A stretch of 64,000 nt of DNA from Octopus bimaculoides (Eukaryota). Of this stretch, positions 50,860-63,812 are shown piece after piece. Location: positions 68,329,300 through 68,393,299 of the forward strand of contig NC_068982.1 in the NCBI RefSeq assembly GCF_001194135.2, written 5' to 3'. The position numbers were made by a program, and so were the translations under genes. Positions within the stretch are counted from its first letter, which is position 1, and each line of letters starts with the position of its first letter. Below the pieces are notes generated by a model, which saw only the letters and a list, made by a program, of their open reading frames with translations, was not told the DNA's origin and did not search any database.

Positions 50860-51529
50860 ATCATCATCATTTAACGTCCATTGTCCATACTGGCATGGGC
50901 TGGAGGGTTTGACTGGGCTGGCTCGCTGAAACGCTGTGCCAGATTCCAGTCTGATTTGGCATGGTTTTCTACAGCCCTTCCTAACACCAACCACTCCAAG
51001 AGTGTAATGGCTGCTCTTACATTCCACCAGCACAGGTGCCATTTGCATGACACTGGTATCTGCCATGACTGCAATTTAGTTTAACTTGATGGGTCTTCTT
51101 CCCAAGCACAACATAATGCCAAAGGTCTTGGTCATTGCCTCTGTGAGGCCCAACACTCAAAGGGAACTCAGCCACTTTGCCTCCATCAGGCCCAACGTTC
51201 AAAAGATGTTCTTTACATGCCACCAGCATAGGTGCACTTGGCTTGATGGGTCCTTTCAAGCACGAGTCACTAGTCATTGCCTCTGTGAGGCTCAAAGTTC
51301 AAAGATCATGCTTCACCACCTCATCCCATGTTTTCTTGGGTCTACCTCTGCCACAGGTTCCCTCCATTGTTAGAGATTGGCACTTCTTCACACAGCTGTC
51401 CTCATCCATACACATCACATGACCATACCAGCACAGTCATCTCTCTTGCACACCCCTTCTGATTCCTCTTATGCCTATCTTTTCTCTCAAGATACTTACA
51501 CTCTGTCGAACTTGCACACTGACATTGCA
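50860..51529 (-). mobile_element. 5'-truncated RTE LINE (second subfamily): end of ORF2 plus 3'UTR
   Basis: Minus strand CNVSVQVRQSVSILREK...WYGHVMCMDEDSCVKKC...GRGRPKKTWDEVVKHDL. Confidence 0.85.
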
Positions 51530-51825
51530 ATATATATATAATGAATTTTTTGATAAGCTGATGATATGCCATAACACTTTTAGCACCTTATATAGTTCAT
51601 CATCATCATCATCATTTGGGTGTCTACTTTTCTATGCTTACATGGGTAAGATGGAATTCATTGAGATAGACTTTTTTATGGTCCTTCCTGTTGCCAACCC
51701 TCACCTGTTTCTTAGTAAAGTGCCCAAACCTGATTTCACAGATGGGAAATGAATGGCACCACATTACAACTAACACCATGTGAAGACAAGAGAATATGCG
51801 CCCATTCACACAATTACATATGCAT

Positions 51826-51861
<36 letters not shown>

Positions 51862-52935
51862 TTCTTTTATTTCTTTTACTTGTTTCAGTCGTTTGACTGT
51901 GANNNNNNNNNNNNNNNNNNNNNNNNNNNNNNNNNNNNNNNNNNNNNNNNNNNNNNNNNNNNNNNNNNNNNNNNNNNNNNNNNNNNNNNNNNNNNNNNNN
52001 NNNNNNNNNNNNNNNNNNNNNNNNNNNNNNNNNNNNNNNNNNNNNNNNNNNNNNNNNNNNNNNNNNNNNNNNNNNNNNNNNNNNNNNNNNNNNNNNNNNN
52101 NNNNNNNNNNNNNNNNNNNNNNNNNNNNNNNNNNNNNNNNNNNNNNNNNNNNNNNNNNNNNNNNNNNNNNNNNNNNNNNNNNNNNNNNNNNNNNNNNNNN
52201 NNNNNNNNNNNNNNNNNNNNNNNNNNNNNNNNNNNNNNNNNNNNNNNNNNNNNNNNNNNNNNNNNNNNNNNNNNNNNNNNNNNNNNNNNNNNNNNNNNNN
52301 NNNNNNNNNNNNNNNNNNNNNNNNNNNNNNNNNNNNNNNNNNNNNNNNNNNNNNNNNNNNNNNNNNNNNNNNNNNNNNNNNNNNNNNNNNNNNNNNNNNN
52401 NNNNNNNNNNNNNNNNNNNNNNNNNNNNNNNNNNNNNNNNNNNNNNNNNNNNNNNNNNNNCACTTAGATTTTAAATGTTGTCACAGCAGTAATATGTCCA
52501 TTCTACTGAAATGAAATTTTCAGTAAATTTTCTATATATTTGTGCAGCTGAAGATTGCTCTGCATTTTGCATTTAATGTAATGCTTGCATTACTTAAATA
52601 AATGCAGTAGCATGAAACGTGCGTACTGCAATAACCTTTAAAATTCGTGTTGCTTTTTTGATTTTTGATCACCTTGTTTTTGGAATTGTTTGGATAATAC
52701 CATACTATATTCTGGTGCCTAAACTTAAGTGCCACATTCAATTTTGAATCTAAATTTTTTATAGATATATATATATTTATATGACAGGCTTCTTTCTATT
52801 TCCACCTACCAAATCCACTCACAAGGCTTTGGTGAGCCTGAATCTATAGTAGAAGACTCTTGCCCAAGGTGCCAGGAAGTGGGACTGAACCCAGAACTAT
52901 ATGCTTGGGAAGCAACCTTCTTACCTCACAGCCAC

Positions 52936-53388
52936 TATAAAGAAAGATAGGAGATATGAGATGAATATATTTATTGTGCCAGTTGATATCCATAAGATAA
53001 CTATCATTTTACAGCCAACATCATAGAAAATGATTGATTATAGTGTATGATATATGCTAATACAGAATGTAAAATAATTTAAGTTATAAATTATATCATA
53101 CTATTGTATATAGTACTATTATATATTGTATTATATATAATATTAGATATTGTATTATATATACTATTGTATATATAGTACTGTTGTAGTGTGTATATTA
53201 TAAATTATATAGTACCTTATAAATTGTACAATATAATTTATGAAATATACACTAATACAGACATGTAAAATAATCTATTATACACTAAAATAAATTACTT
53301 TTCTATGATGCTGGCTGTGAAACAATCGTAATCTTATGGATATCAACTAGGGAAATAAATATATTCATCTCCTACCACTTCCTTTATA
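52936..53388. mobile_element. MITE with TIRs of about 115 bp and an AT-rich spacer
   Basis: ATGAATATATTTATT, AGTTGATATCCATAAGAT and ACAGCCA.CATCATAGAAAA are mirrored at 53276-53388; TA at both ends. Confidence 0.8.
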
Positions 53389-54090
53389 TTTTATATACTC
53401 CTAATGAAATAATCATTACTAGTTGGATTTAATGGATTGCAACTGCATTGGATATACACTACACCCTTTATACGTTGGATATACATTACATCCTTTTGTT
53501 TTATAATAATTTACTCTGTAGTTTGTAGCTTGATCCACTAAAGGAGCTTTTTGTGGGCACCACCAGATTAGTTAAATGCATATATTGTGCATTAAATTTA
53601 TGTCTGTGCAACAAGCTTTTTTCAGTTACTGTCTGCCAAATTCACTCACAAAGCTTTGGTGGGCCCATAAAAGCTGTTACACTGTGACTGAACCCAAAAT
53701 CATGTGGCTGGGAAGCAAACTTCTTAACCACATAGCCATAGATCACATAAATTTAAAACATGTTGCAAAGTAATGAAGATTGTTCTTTAGTTTTACAGAG
53801 TACAAGATATCCTCAGTTGTGTTCATGCCATGATAAAATACACCTAGTATACTATTCTGTAAAGTCTTTGGTGAATGAACAAGGATAGTGTAGGGTTGAG
53901 AAGACTCTTGTTTGTCAAAGATATAACAATCTCTCTTGTCTAGTAACATCAAAGATCTCAGATTTTTCTTAGTTTTTTTTACAGAAATCCATTCTAAACA
54001 TCAAAAAAAGTTACACAATGTACACTGGCTTTTATAACAAACACCATTTAACATGCTCCAGGTGACAAAGACTAACATCTAGCATATATA

Positions 54091-54121
<31 letters not shown>

Positions 54122-54380
54122 ATCTTCTTTCGGTTTGTATTGGGGAAGGATATAAGCATAGGTGAGAAAACCCCAAAACTGGTGCTTTACAGTTGAAGTT
54201 CCTGAAAATATTTGTTCTGCATTGAACTACAGACACTCCCTTAACATTAGAAATACAATTTACCCATAATTCATACATTGGAAACTGTAACCAATGAATT
54301 TTTTTCCCCCATAAATTGTAAAATAAAATATGTATAATAAGTATGTATGTGTATCTGTGTTCACATAAAAATATTTATGT

Positions 54381-54441
54381 ATTTCTTTTTTATATTTCAG
54401 ATTGTGATACTGCTTCACTGTCTTCTAGTAGACATTGAAAA
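54381..54441 (+). other. 3' splice site and 41-nt 5'UTR portion of the TMEM45 coding exon
   Basis: ATTTCTTTTTTATATTTCAG|ATTG, with AG at 54399-54400. This implies at least one upstream non-coding exon, which was not located. Confidence 0.7.
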
Positions 54442-55323
54442 ATGGGAACTTTTGGTGGACATGCCCTACCAGGAACATTCTTCCTACTCTTTGCCTTTTG
54501 GTACACAGTACAAATTTTCAATCGGTATTTCCAGTGCCGCAAAAGAAACGCTCGCTTTACATCCACAGTGACTTTTCCATGCACATGTTTGTGTGGTCGA
54601 CTGAAAAAATGGCCTCTAGAATCTATAATGAAAATTGTCCTAGTTGTAATTGGTTTTAGCGGAGAAATAATTACAGGCTTGCGACCTGGACCATATGTTA
54701 TCTTGGGAAATGGCCAACATGCCACGATGTTTTTTGCCTTTGGTTTGTCTGGTGTAGTAGAACTGTTGTTGTTTTTTAAAGCACCTCTGCCAACAGATGT
54801 TGACTACATTGCTAATATACTGGCTTTTACAATTGAGCTTGTGTTGTTTAGATTTCATCTTCATGGAAGATCAGAACTCGATGTATTACTGCACGTGCTT
54901 CTTACCTATGTCATCATCGCCAGTTTAATCTCAGCCTTTATTGAAATGAAATTTCGACATAACGTTTTGGCACCTCTTGCAAGAACTTATTTTGTAATGT
55001 TACAGGGATCTTGGTTCTGGCAAGTTGGCTTCATACTGTATAGGCCTTTCCCAGGTAAATCTCCATGGAAGGGTGATGACCACAGCCAAATGATGCTGAT
55101 CACTATATACTTTGCTTGGCACAGTATCGCCTGCTTTATCATTATCCTGCTGCTTGGAGGTATTGTTAGCTGCTATCAAAAAGGTCGTGGTGTTTCTTAT
55201 GTTGATGATGATATGATTATGAAACGTTTAATTCACACAGGAACCAATGGCCAAACACTTGTGAGTCTCAATGATGACAGCGAGAGTGATATAGAATACC
55301 AAAAGCCTTCAACCGTCAAATAA
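54442..55323 (+). CDS. TMEM45B: TMEM45 / DUF716 family multi-pass membrane protein (TMEM45B-like), 293 aa, CDS in one exon
   Basis: Intact ORF with family motifs MGTFGGHALPGTFF, QHATMFFAFGLSG, FHLHGR..LDVLLHVLL, LQGSWFWQVGFILY and FAWH, and about 7 hydrophobic segments. Start context AAAATGG with an in-frame TGA 6 nt upstream. The A/B paralog assignment is nominal for an invertebrate. Confidence 0.93.
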   Translation: MGTFGGHALPGTFFLLFAFWYTVQIFNRYFQCRKRNARFTSTVTFPCTCLCGRLKKWPLESIMKIVLVVIGFSGEIITGLRPGPYVILGNGQHATMFFAFGLSGVVELLLFFKAPLPTDVDYIANILAFTIELVLFRFHLHGRSELDVLLHVLLTYVIIASLISAFIEMKFRHNVLAPLARTYFVMLQGSWFWQVGFILYRPFPGKSPWKGDDHSQMMLITIYFAWHSIACFIIILLLGGIVSCYQKGRGVSYVDDDMIMKRLIHTGTNGQTLVSLNDDSESDIEYQKPSTVK

Positions 55324-55855
55324 TACTGAATAGTTTCATTCTATATCTCCATTGGTGATAGTCCAGTTTTATGTTCATGTTTTACAGATCTATCACATAC
55401 AATTCCTTAAAATATTAAGGGCAAATGATAGTCTTTAGCAAATTTTGTGCTTCATAGACTACAGAATAATCTGCTGTTTGGTTGATACATGTGGGATTAT
55501 TTTTCCAATTATCATGATACTCTGGGAAAATGAAATCTTTCAAAACCATTATTTTGTTCATTTCTGTTACCTCATAATATTTGCTCAATTAACTCAATTA
55601 CTAGCTTATTTCACATGTGCTCAAGACATCAGTTTTCATCCTCTCCTTAAATTGTCTTAAAATTCTTTCTTTGATAAAAGAAATAAAATGTTAATAATAT
55701 TCAGCCCTTCTTTCCCCTCCCCTACTAAATGCAGCTGTCACAATAGATCCTCTTTTTGCCATTGTGACTTAAGTTTAAAACAATGTTCTAGCAAGTTAAC
55801 ATTTTCCTCTGGTTCTGCATTTTACCTTTTATTTTTACATATATATATATATATA

Positions 55856-56088
55856 TAGGTATGGCCAAAAGTCACCCAACAGTAAATCAAAATTCCATAA
55901 ATACTATCTATAATTCTGTATTGACTCAAATGGAAAAATGTGTCACTAAAGAAGGACTTTAGCTTGAACAATTTTCATGATGTTTCATATTTAGATGCTT
56001 TTATTAAATTCATTCAGTTGTTAACCATAAATAAATCTTGGAATTAAATGGCTTTGATTTACTGTCAGATGACTTCTGGCCAGCCTTG
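55856..56088. mobile_element. Tc1/mariner-type MITE (233 bp) in a (TA)n tract
   Basis: TAGGTATGGCCAAAAGTCACCCAACAGTAAATCAAA vs reverse complement CAAGGCTGGCCAGAAGTCATCTGACAGTAAATCAAA; TA on both sides. Confidence 0.8.
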
Positions 56089-56801
56089 TATATATATATA
56101 TATATTAGCTAAAAGTTAAAATGTATTTCATGCCTATTGGTCTTTTAGGTCAAATAGAACACTTTGATGCTGCTCTTGTTCCTAAAAAAAAGGAATGTTT
56201 TTTTTTCTCTTTTTTTTTGTTTTTTTTTTCCATCAGAACTCCTCTTTTTACCTTGTTATAGAAAAGTACTTGGAATATAGAATTGGTTGCCTTCAATGCT
56301 GCTAAAAAGAAAAAAGTCTGATTTTTTACAAATACAAGCATTCATACCAATTTGTAGAAACTTTTTGTATTACTGGAAATATTTATTAGTCTTTTTTTTT
56401 AAGTTGAAGCAACTCTTGTGTGTTTCTAACAAGAATCTGTAATGTTGTTGACCTCATGCTATATCGCATTGATTAGAAACGTCCTTATCAAGACAAAAAA
56501 TATAAAAAAGAAACAGAATTTTGATTCTTTTTCATCAACCATTTTAATCCATCATTGTATGGCAGCTGATATTTCACTCATATTTTTAACATATCTGAAA
56601 ATCTTTTCTGTTTATTCTCATAACTGTATCCATATTACCATTTGTGGTTTGATTGATACATATTCATGGCTGCCCTACTCACTCTCTTCATTTCATCAAT
56701 ATCCGCCCAATGTGCCCAAGAATTAACTATTTACAAGTGACTAATTTATTACAAGATTATTTTTAGAACAGTCTGTTTGGTTAATTTCTCAATAAGATTC
56801 C

Positions 56802-56807
56802 AATAAA
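56802..56807 (+). terminator. Candidate polyadenylation signal for TMEM45 (alternatives at 55682 and 56030)
   Basis: AATAAA followed directly by a U/GU-rich tract (GTTTTTTGTTTTGTTC). No transcript evidence. Confidence 0.3.
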
Positions 56808-58835
56808 TGTTTTTTGTTTTGTTCTCAGAATAGCAAAACCATGAATAAACAATATAACCTTCAGCAATAGAATTGGAAAGTTTGGAACACCATTAGGGTA
56901 AAATAAAAAAATCACAAAAAAAAATCACTGAATAAAAAAAAATGTTTGATAAATGAAAGCACAATGATGAAAAAATATATTGGGAAATGATCAATAATCA
57001 TATAGAGCGAAATTTAAAATTAAATTAAAGTGAAATGAACAAAACTTAAGAGGTGAAATATCATGACATGAACCCATTAATATTGACATTGTCATTCAAC
57101 AATCTGGTCCAGAAAGCTTTATGGATCTATACTATTGATTTTGTTCCAAAACAGTTCCATCTGTCATAGTTCCAAACACAGTAAACTTCATATAGAAACA
57201 GCTAATAACTAGCAGGAATATATCTGGCCAATGTATATATATATATTTGTTATATAAATGAACAGTCTTTTGGCAAGACTTAACAAAGCTGAACAAATCC
57301 TTTATAACTAACTGTTGAGGCCTGCCATTATTGTTTAATCAATAAACTATCAGACTCTGAATTATAAGCAAGCTACCATAGTCACAGTTTGAAAATGAGA
57401 TTCTATTTTGTTAATTTCCTCACTGTAATTGATATACCCTTCAAATCACATAAGTCGTCTGTGTGTCTGGTGTAAAGTTAATATCTCATTTGTCATTTGT
57501 GAAGGTTGGTTTCAAAGAAAATAATGAGTGTGGCTGTAGACTTGACTTATGGGGTTTTATTCATAGAAAAGAAGTCTGTGTTCTCTCGAGTCATTTTTAT
57601 CTGGCAATACTCATGAAGATTATGCTATGATCAAGAGGTCTAATAAGACTAAAACCTGTCTGGAATTGTCTCCTTATTGCCAGTATCAAACTTACTCTGC
57701 ATTGCCCACATTTTATTGTTAATTTTGATTAAAATTTCAGGGTTGTCTCCCTTGTCTTTCTTGACCAGAATTGATCATTAAGATATTGATTGTTTGCACT
57801 AATCTTACCGTTCTGGATTTTTTGTTAGCTTTTTGACTCCTTGCTTTAAATATGTTAGCAAAAAGCCATCATGTTAAGTTAGTGTTAACATTTTTTTTAA
57901 AGCATGGAGCTTCAAAATGTTAACTAGGAAAAAATATATAGGCAGCAAGTACAGAAGACAATTCCAGTCATCTTTTGGTCTTATTAGAAGCTCTTCAGCA
58001 AAATATAGACTTCACAAACATAGTCATTGACTAATATTTTTTTACACACTATATTTTCTAGTTAGATTTAAAATATTCACTACATTAAATATGTCAACAC
58101 TAACATAATTGTTTTGTCAAGCAGAAGGTAACAAAGGCAAATTTATTTTATGTTTTTTTTTAGCTTGTCATTGGAATTTTGGTATAACAATTAAATTCTT
58201 CAGGGGAAGCATAAGGTAATTTACCTGAAAAGAGTAGGAGTTATTGTTGTTCAACTTCAAATCAACCTTCATCAAGTAGCACACCTTTGACCAAAAGTAT
58301 TCCACTTGTGACCCCACCCCTACTCATGTAGTAGCTCAACCTACTCAAAATTGTTAACAAATTTCCATATTTTTGTAAAGAGAAGCGAAGAACTAAATTT
58401 GATTTTAGTATTATGAGACTGTTGGTAATGAGTTTCATCGATCAATATTAAAACAGAAAAACCAGAAACCTGTGAAAGAATTTCTGTTGTTAGTCATCAT
58501 ATTAAACCTGCGTCTTCAAAGACGTAAACATACAAACAAGGTTCTTGCCCAAGGTACCACACCAATTATCTCCTTATAGTCTTATGTATGAGTACAACTA
58601 TGATTGTAGTAAATGTGAGAAAAGGATGCTAATAAAAACTAAACTATAATCACTGATGCCAAAATTCATATCAAATGGATTAAAACTATATCATTTCAGA
58701 AGTAAATCAAATGGGACATTTTTTCCTAGATTCATTTCTCAAAAGGATGAAAGATTATTTTGTTATAGATATACAATTACAAATGTAAATTCGGATGAAC
58801 AATATTTTCATCTAACTTTTAAAGTTGAACTCATT

Positions 58836-59045
58836 TAATCCTTTTGTTACTATATTTCTTTTAGAATACATTCCCTTTGTTTCAATTAATGAAGAATTGG
58901 GTAATATAATTTATCATTATTAAATGGATTTTTGGAACATAATGTAAAATTTTGATGGGAAGTTTTTATTTAGCTCACAATAAAACAGTTTGCATCAAGG
59001 AATGTGGGACAATCTCAGTGGGTTGGTAATGAAGTCATTTAAACT
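58836..59045. mobile_element. Degenerate piggyBac-like MITE, second family (related copies at 60112-60335 in opposite orientation and about 24105-24210)
   Basis: TTTAATCCTTTTGTTACTATATTTC start; internal blocks recur reverse-complemented at 60112-60335. Confidence 0.45.
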
Positions 59046-61364
59046 ATTTTAATATTGATTGCAGCTTTATTGAATGTAATTTAGTAAAATTTAGAGTTTG
59101 GATAAGTTTGTATGTCATATCTTTCTTGACTGACCCTTCATCTGACAGAAAATAGTTTTTCAACTGAAAAATCTTTCTCTCAGATGAAGAGGCAGTCACT
59201 CAATGTTAGACTCCTCTTCTCCCCATGACATATCAAGTTAGCCAAACTCATGAACTTCACTATGCAAACCCCTTCCCCCTGCCAATTTCCATGAACTGTG
59301 TGTTTGATATAAACAATTTGTTATGTGTTGAATGTACAATGACCCTTAGGACATTCTCAGATCAAAGTTAGTAAAATAGTTTTTCAAGGTGGATTGGTAA
59401 TTATTTTGGCTCAATGGCTAACAGCTTAGAGTTAGTTTATAGTCCTATACTTTGATATAACTATTTATATTCCATAGTTTTAAACTGAGATCAACATGAA
59501 ACCTATAATCTAACAATTGTTGCTTAGTTCTAGGCTAGTACTAAAGGTTTCACAGATTAAATCAAGCATTTTATGTTCTACCATAGTATCTTCTTACTGG
59601 ACATAAATTAATGTTGAATGCAATAAAATAAATCATAAATATTCTCCATGAGAGCTACAGGAGTTCATAATATCAATGCTTAGCTTTGTATTCGATTACA
59701 ATATGTAATGGGATTCTCTCTACTGAGTATGATGCTAATCAATTTCAGCTAAGATTTTCCCAGAGACCATAAATCATCAAATCTAATTCACTACTGCACT
59801 TCCTAAATACATTACTCCTCAATACTACTACTACTACTACTAATTATAGCAACAATAATGATTATAATAATGATGGTTTCTTTATTAAGTACAATGCTAG
59901 TAATTTTGAAGGGAGGAAGTTAATACCATTGGTCCTAGTGCTAATTGTTGACAGTGACTTCAAAGGTTACTGAAAACGACTTATTCAAACTGTCATCAAT
60001 CATTGTAATATTTCAATATGCATTTATAGATCCTTTCATTCTTTACTCACTAAAATCAATCTAGACACATACATTCACCATTTTCTATTTAGCCATTGCA
60101 ACTGCCCACACTAACCCTTTAGGCTAATCTATGAGAGATCACTCCTGATTCTATGGTACAGGCTTCCTGTTTAAAGTGATTCGAATTAAAAACCTTCCTT
60201 CAAAATTTAATGTTAATTTATGTTCCAAATACCAGCTTATTAATGACAAAGTAGTTTTAATACATTCATTATTTTCAAAATTAGTTGAAACTAAGGCAGT
60301 GTACTTAAACAGAAACATAACAAAATATGGTTAAATAATTATATGCATAATTTCTTCAAAAAGCATGAGAAGTTGAAATGTTCATGATTTTCTCACTGAA
60401 TAAATTCAACATATATTTTTAATCATTGCATTTCTCTCCTTTTTAGTTAGTAATCAGCAAAAGTTTAGCAAAACTGTTTCTACAGAGTGTTGCATAAAGA
60501 TGGGACTTATGGCCATGATTATATTTTTTATTTTCCTTGAGCCCTAGGACTCAAAAAGCTTGTCACCTGGTTTCTATGGTATATAGATGACCAAGATCAC
60601 AACATTCCCCACTAAATGAGATACCAGTCCATTGCAGGATCAAGGACAGCAATTTTTTGATTGGAGGGAACAAATCAATTACATCAACTTCAAGTATCTG
60701 ACTGTTACTGTATTTTATTGATCCCCAAGGGATGAAAGGCAAAGTAGACCTGAGCAGGATTTGAGTTTTATCTGACATGCTAACGATTCTGCCAGCTCAT
60801 CACCATGATTATATATTATAACACTTTCTTTAATAAATGTGTTTGTTCGAGTCCTGGTTCCTTGTATATTTAAAATTATGTCCCATCAATACAAGACACC
60901 CTTTATAATTTGGTTTTCTGTGTTAATCATGTTATTGTGCCAGCCAATTCCTGCTAGTGTTTTTTTTGTTTTTTTAAAATCTTTCCGAAACCTGAAGAGC
61001 ATTTTGAACTGTTGATTTCTCTGGTCTGGAATAAATCATTTTATGAAACCAAAACAGAATCTTGAACTATTTGCAAGAGACTTGTTTCTCCTATGTAATC
61101 TCATTATTTGCCTTGATTATTTATTTTTTAAAACAATAAATGTTTGTTTTTTTCCAATGGATGTTTCCTTCTTATTCTCTTTCAAGATTTGTCTCTTTTA
61201 TTGCAGACAATTTTTAAATTGAACAAGTAAATCTAGATAATAATGCACATGTATTAAAAAACCTTTCACACTTGTTCCAAATCACATATTCTATTTTTTT
61301 TTCTTCAGTTATTGCACTGCAGCCATGCTAGAGCTTCCTGAAGATATTAATCAAACAATTTATG

Positions 61365-61807
61365 ACTACTGACCGAGACCTTTGGAAATGTGCTGTGCGT
61401 GAGAAAACCTGGCAAGCCAAGTAAGATCGTTGCCAGTGCCCCTGGACTGGCTCTTGTGCGGGTAGCACATGAGATGCACCATTTTGAGCGTGGCCGTTGC
61501 CAGTACCGCCTGACTGGCTCCCGTAGGATTTTTGAGTGAGATCATTACCAGTGCCCCTGGACTGGCTTGTGCGGGTGGCACATAAAAGACACCATTTCGA
61601 GCGTGGCCGTTTTCATGCGGGTGACACGTATAAGCACCCACTACACTCTCTGAGTGGTTGGCGTTAGGAAGGGCATCCAGCTGTAGAAACTCTGCCAAAT
61701 TAGATTGGAGCCTGGTGTTGCCATCCGGTTTCACCAGTCCTCAGTCAAATCGTCCAACCCATGCTAGCATGGAAAGCGGACGTTAAACGATGATGATGAT
61801 GATGATG
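61365..61807 (+). mobile_element. Young RTE 3' end, short-3'UTR variant
   Basis: ORF2 end 'gaccgagacctttgga...gcaagccaagtaa' is joined directly to 'gatcgttgccagtg'; (GAT)n tail. Confidence 0.88.
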
Positions 61808-61924
61808 AATTTAATCCCAGTACTAGTCTCTTATTGAATTAAATTACAATGACATAACAAAGTAACACCTGTTAAGTAGTGTAAGAGCAAACACAAATAT
61901 ATGTACACATAGATATACATGCAT

Positions 61925-61978
<54 letters not shown>

Positions 61979-62419
61979 AGTTACCACACAATTTGCAATA
62001 TTCACTCACAAGGCATTGGTCAGTCTGGTGTTTATAGTTGATGACACTGATATCAAAGGTACTTTTCAGCAAAGAAGTGAGCCTAAAATCCCCTGGTTGT
62101 GAAGCAGGCTGCTTAACTACACAGCCATGCTTGCACCTACAATAGAAAATTAACTGATTCAACTAATGGTGATAAATTTGAAACAGTAGATTTTTAGGTA
62201 CAAAGAAAAAACTTTAAAATAATACATCTAAAGACAACAAAAAAAATATACAAATTGTCAATTAAAATGTCACTGGAAAACTAATATTGATATAAGGTGA
62301 AAGAGAGGTTGAATATTACAAAAGAACATACCTAGTGGTGTTAGTACCATGATAAACATGTTCAATTTTCACCATTACATTAGTTCAAAACAGGAAAACA
62401 ACCATCCAAAATCTTCATC

Positions 62420-62745
62420 ATCAACATCATCACCATTTAGCACCTGTTGTCCATGCTGGCATGGGTTGGATAGTTTGACTTGGACTGGTAAGCTGAGGGG
62501 CTGCACCAGACTCTAGTCTGATTTGGCATGGTTTCTACAGCTGGATGCCCTTCCTCATGCCAACCACTCCAAGAGTGTAATGGGTACTTTTACATGACAC
62601 CAATATCTGCCACAACTATGATTTCACTTGGCTTGATGGGTCTTCTCAGCACAGTATATTGCCAAAGGTCTTGGTCATTTGTCATTGCCTCCATGAGGCC
62701 CAGCACTCGGAAAGTGCTTTTTACATGCCACGAGCACAGGTGCTA
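62420..62745 (-). mobile_element. RTE 3'UTR copy (second subfamily)
   Basis: Collinear with 21238-21560. Further decayed copies near 14740, 16165, 16420, 32970, 39320 and 47135. Confidence 0.75.
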
Positions 62746-63393
62746 AGCAGACTGCAAAAACTCCATGAAATCCATCAACAGAGCTAGTTGACAGTCTTAG
62801 AAATCAAAACATATAAAATATTGCTATATTTCAAACTTGTCCAACCAATAACTTGACAGAAAACCAAAATTTATCTCAGGTTTACAGGTCCACAAGGCAG
62901 GATCTTATCTCGGTTTCCTTAAGCAACTAGGAGTTCAAGATTATCCCTTGATCTCGGACACTAGCCCATCTCACGATTAACCCCACCACCACCACCAGTT
63001 ATTGCTTGTACTTATTTTCAGCTGAGTGGGTTGAAAAAATGTTGAATGGAGTGTCATGCATAGCATATTGTCCAGTCCAAGAATCAAATGCAAGACCAAA
63101 TTATCATAAACCTAATATCCAAACCACTAACCATGCTCATTCACACACACCTACACACGTGTATTTTCTTTGCATTTTTAATATTAGTCAGGGAAGAAAA
63201 AGTAGTGCCCGTGACCTTTACAAACCTTTCCAGACTGGTGAGACTGAGAATCTAATGCCCAGAACAAATTTTACAGGAAAACCATGATCTTTGAATAAGA
63301 TGAACTAGACTAAATACACTCAAGAACTTAGTTATGTGTGCATATATATGTATGTGTCTATATATGATCCCACATGTCTTCACGCTATCACAG

Positions 63394-63430
63394 TTTCAGC
63401 ATTTGATTTTCATGCCACTGTAATCTTCAG
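63394..63430 (+). CDS. Weak candidate exon (37 nt), xSAFDFHATVIF(R/S)
   Basis: Strong donor CAG|GTAAGA, moderate acceptor CTATCACAG. Open in phase 1. Confidence 0.25.
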
Positions 63431-63812
63431 GTAAGAACCATTACATTACAATTTTATATTGGTGGTATATTTATATACTTTGGTTTGTGTGGTCTAGTGC
63501 TTGTATTTTTTCATTGTTTGGCTTATCGTGTATGTTGGTCAGTTGATGGTTTTCAATATAATCTACAGAGCAAACAATTTCACAAAAAGGACAAATAAAA
63601 ATTACATCAGTGCCAATAGGCAAGCTTTTAAAGACACACACATTCTGGATCAAGTACAAAAGGAGTGCAACATCCTTCTCTAAATATCTCTGGGAAAAAA
63701 GATCTTTACTCCAAGTGAGATAAAATAAACGCCAAAAATTCACACCCAAAAGCATAGCATAGCACACACACACACACACAAATATAAACCATGAAAAGAA
63801 ATACTTCACACA

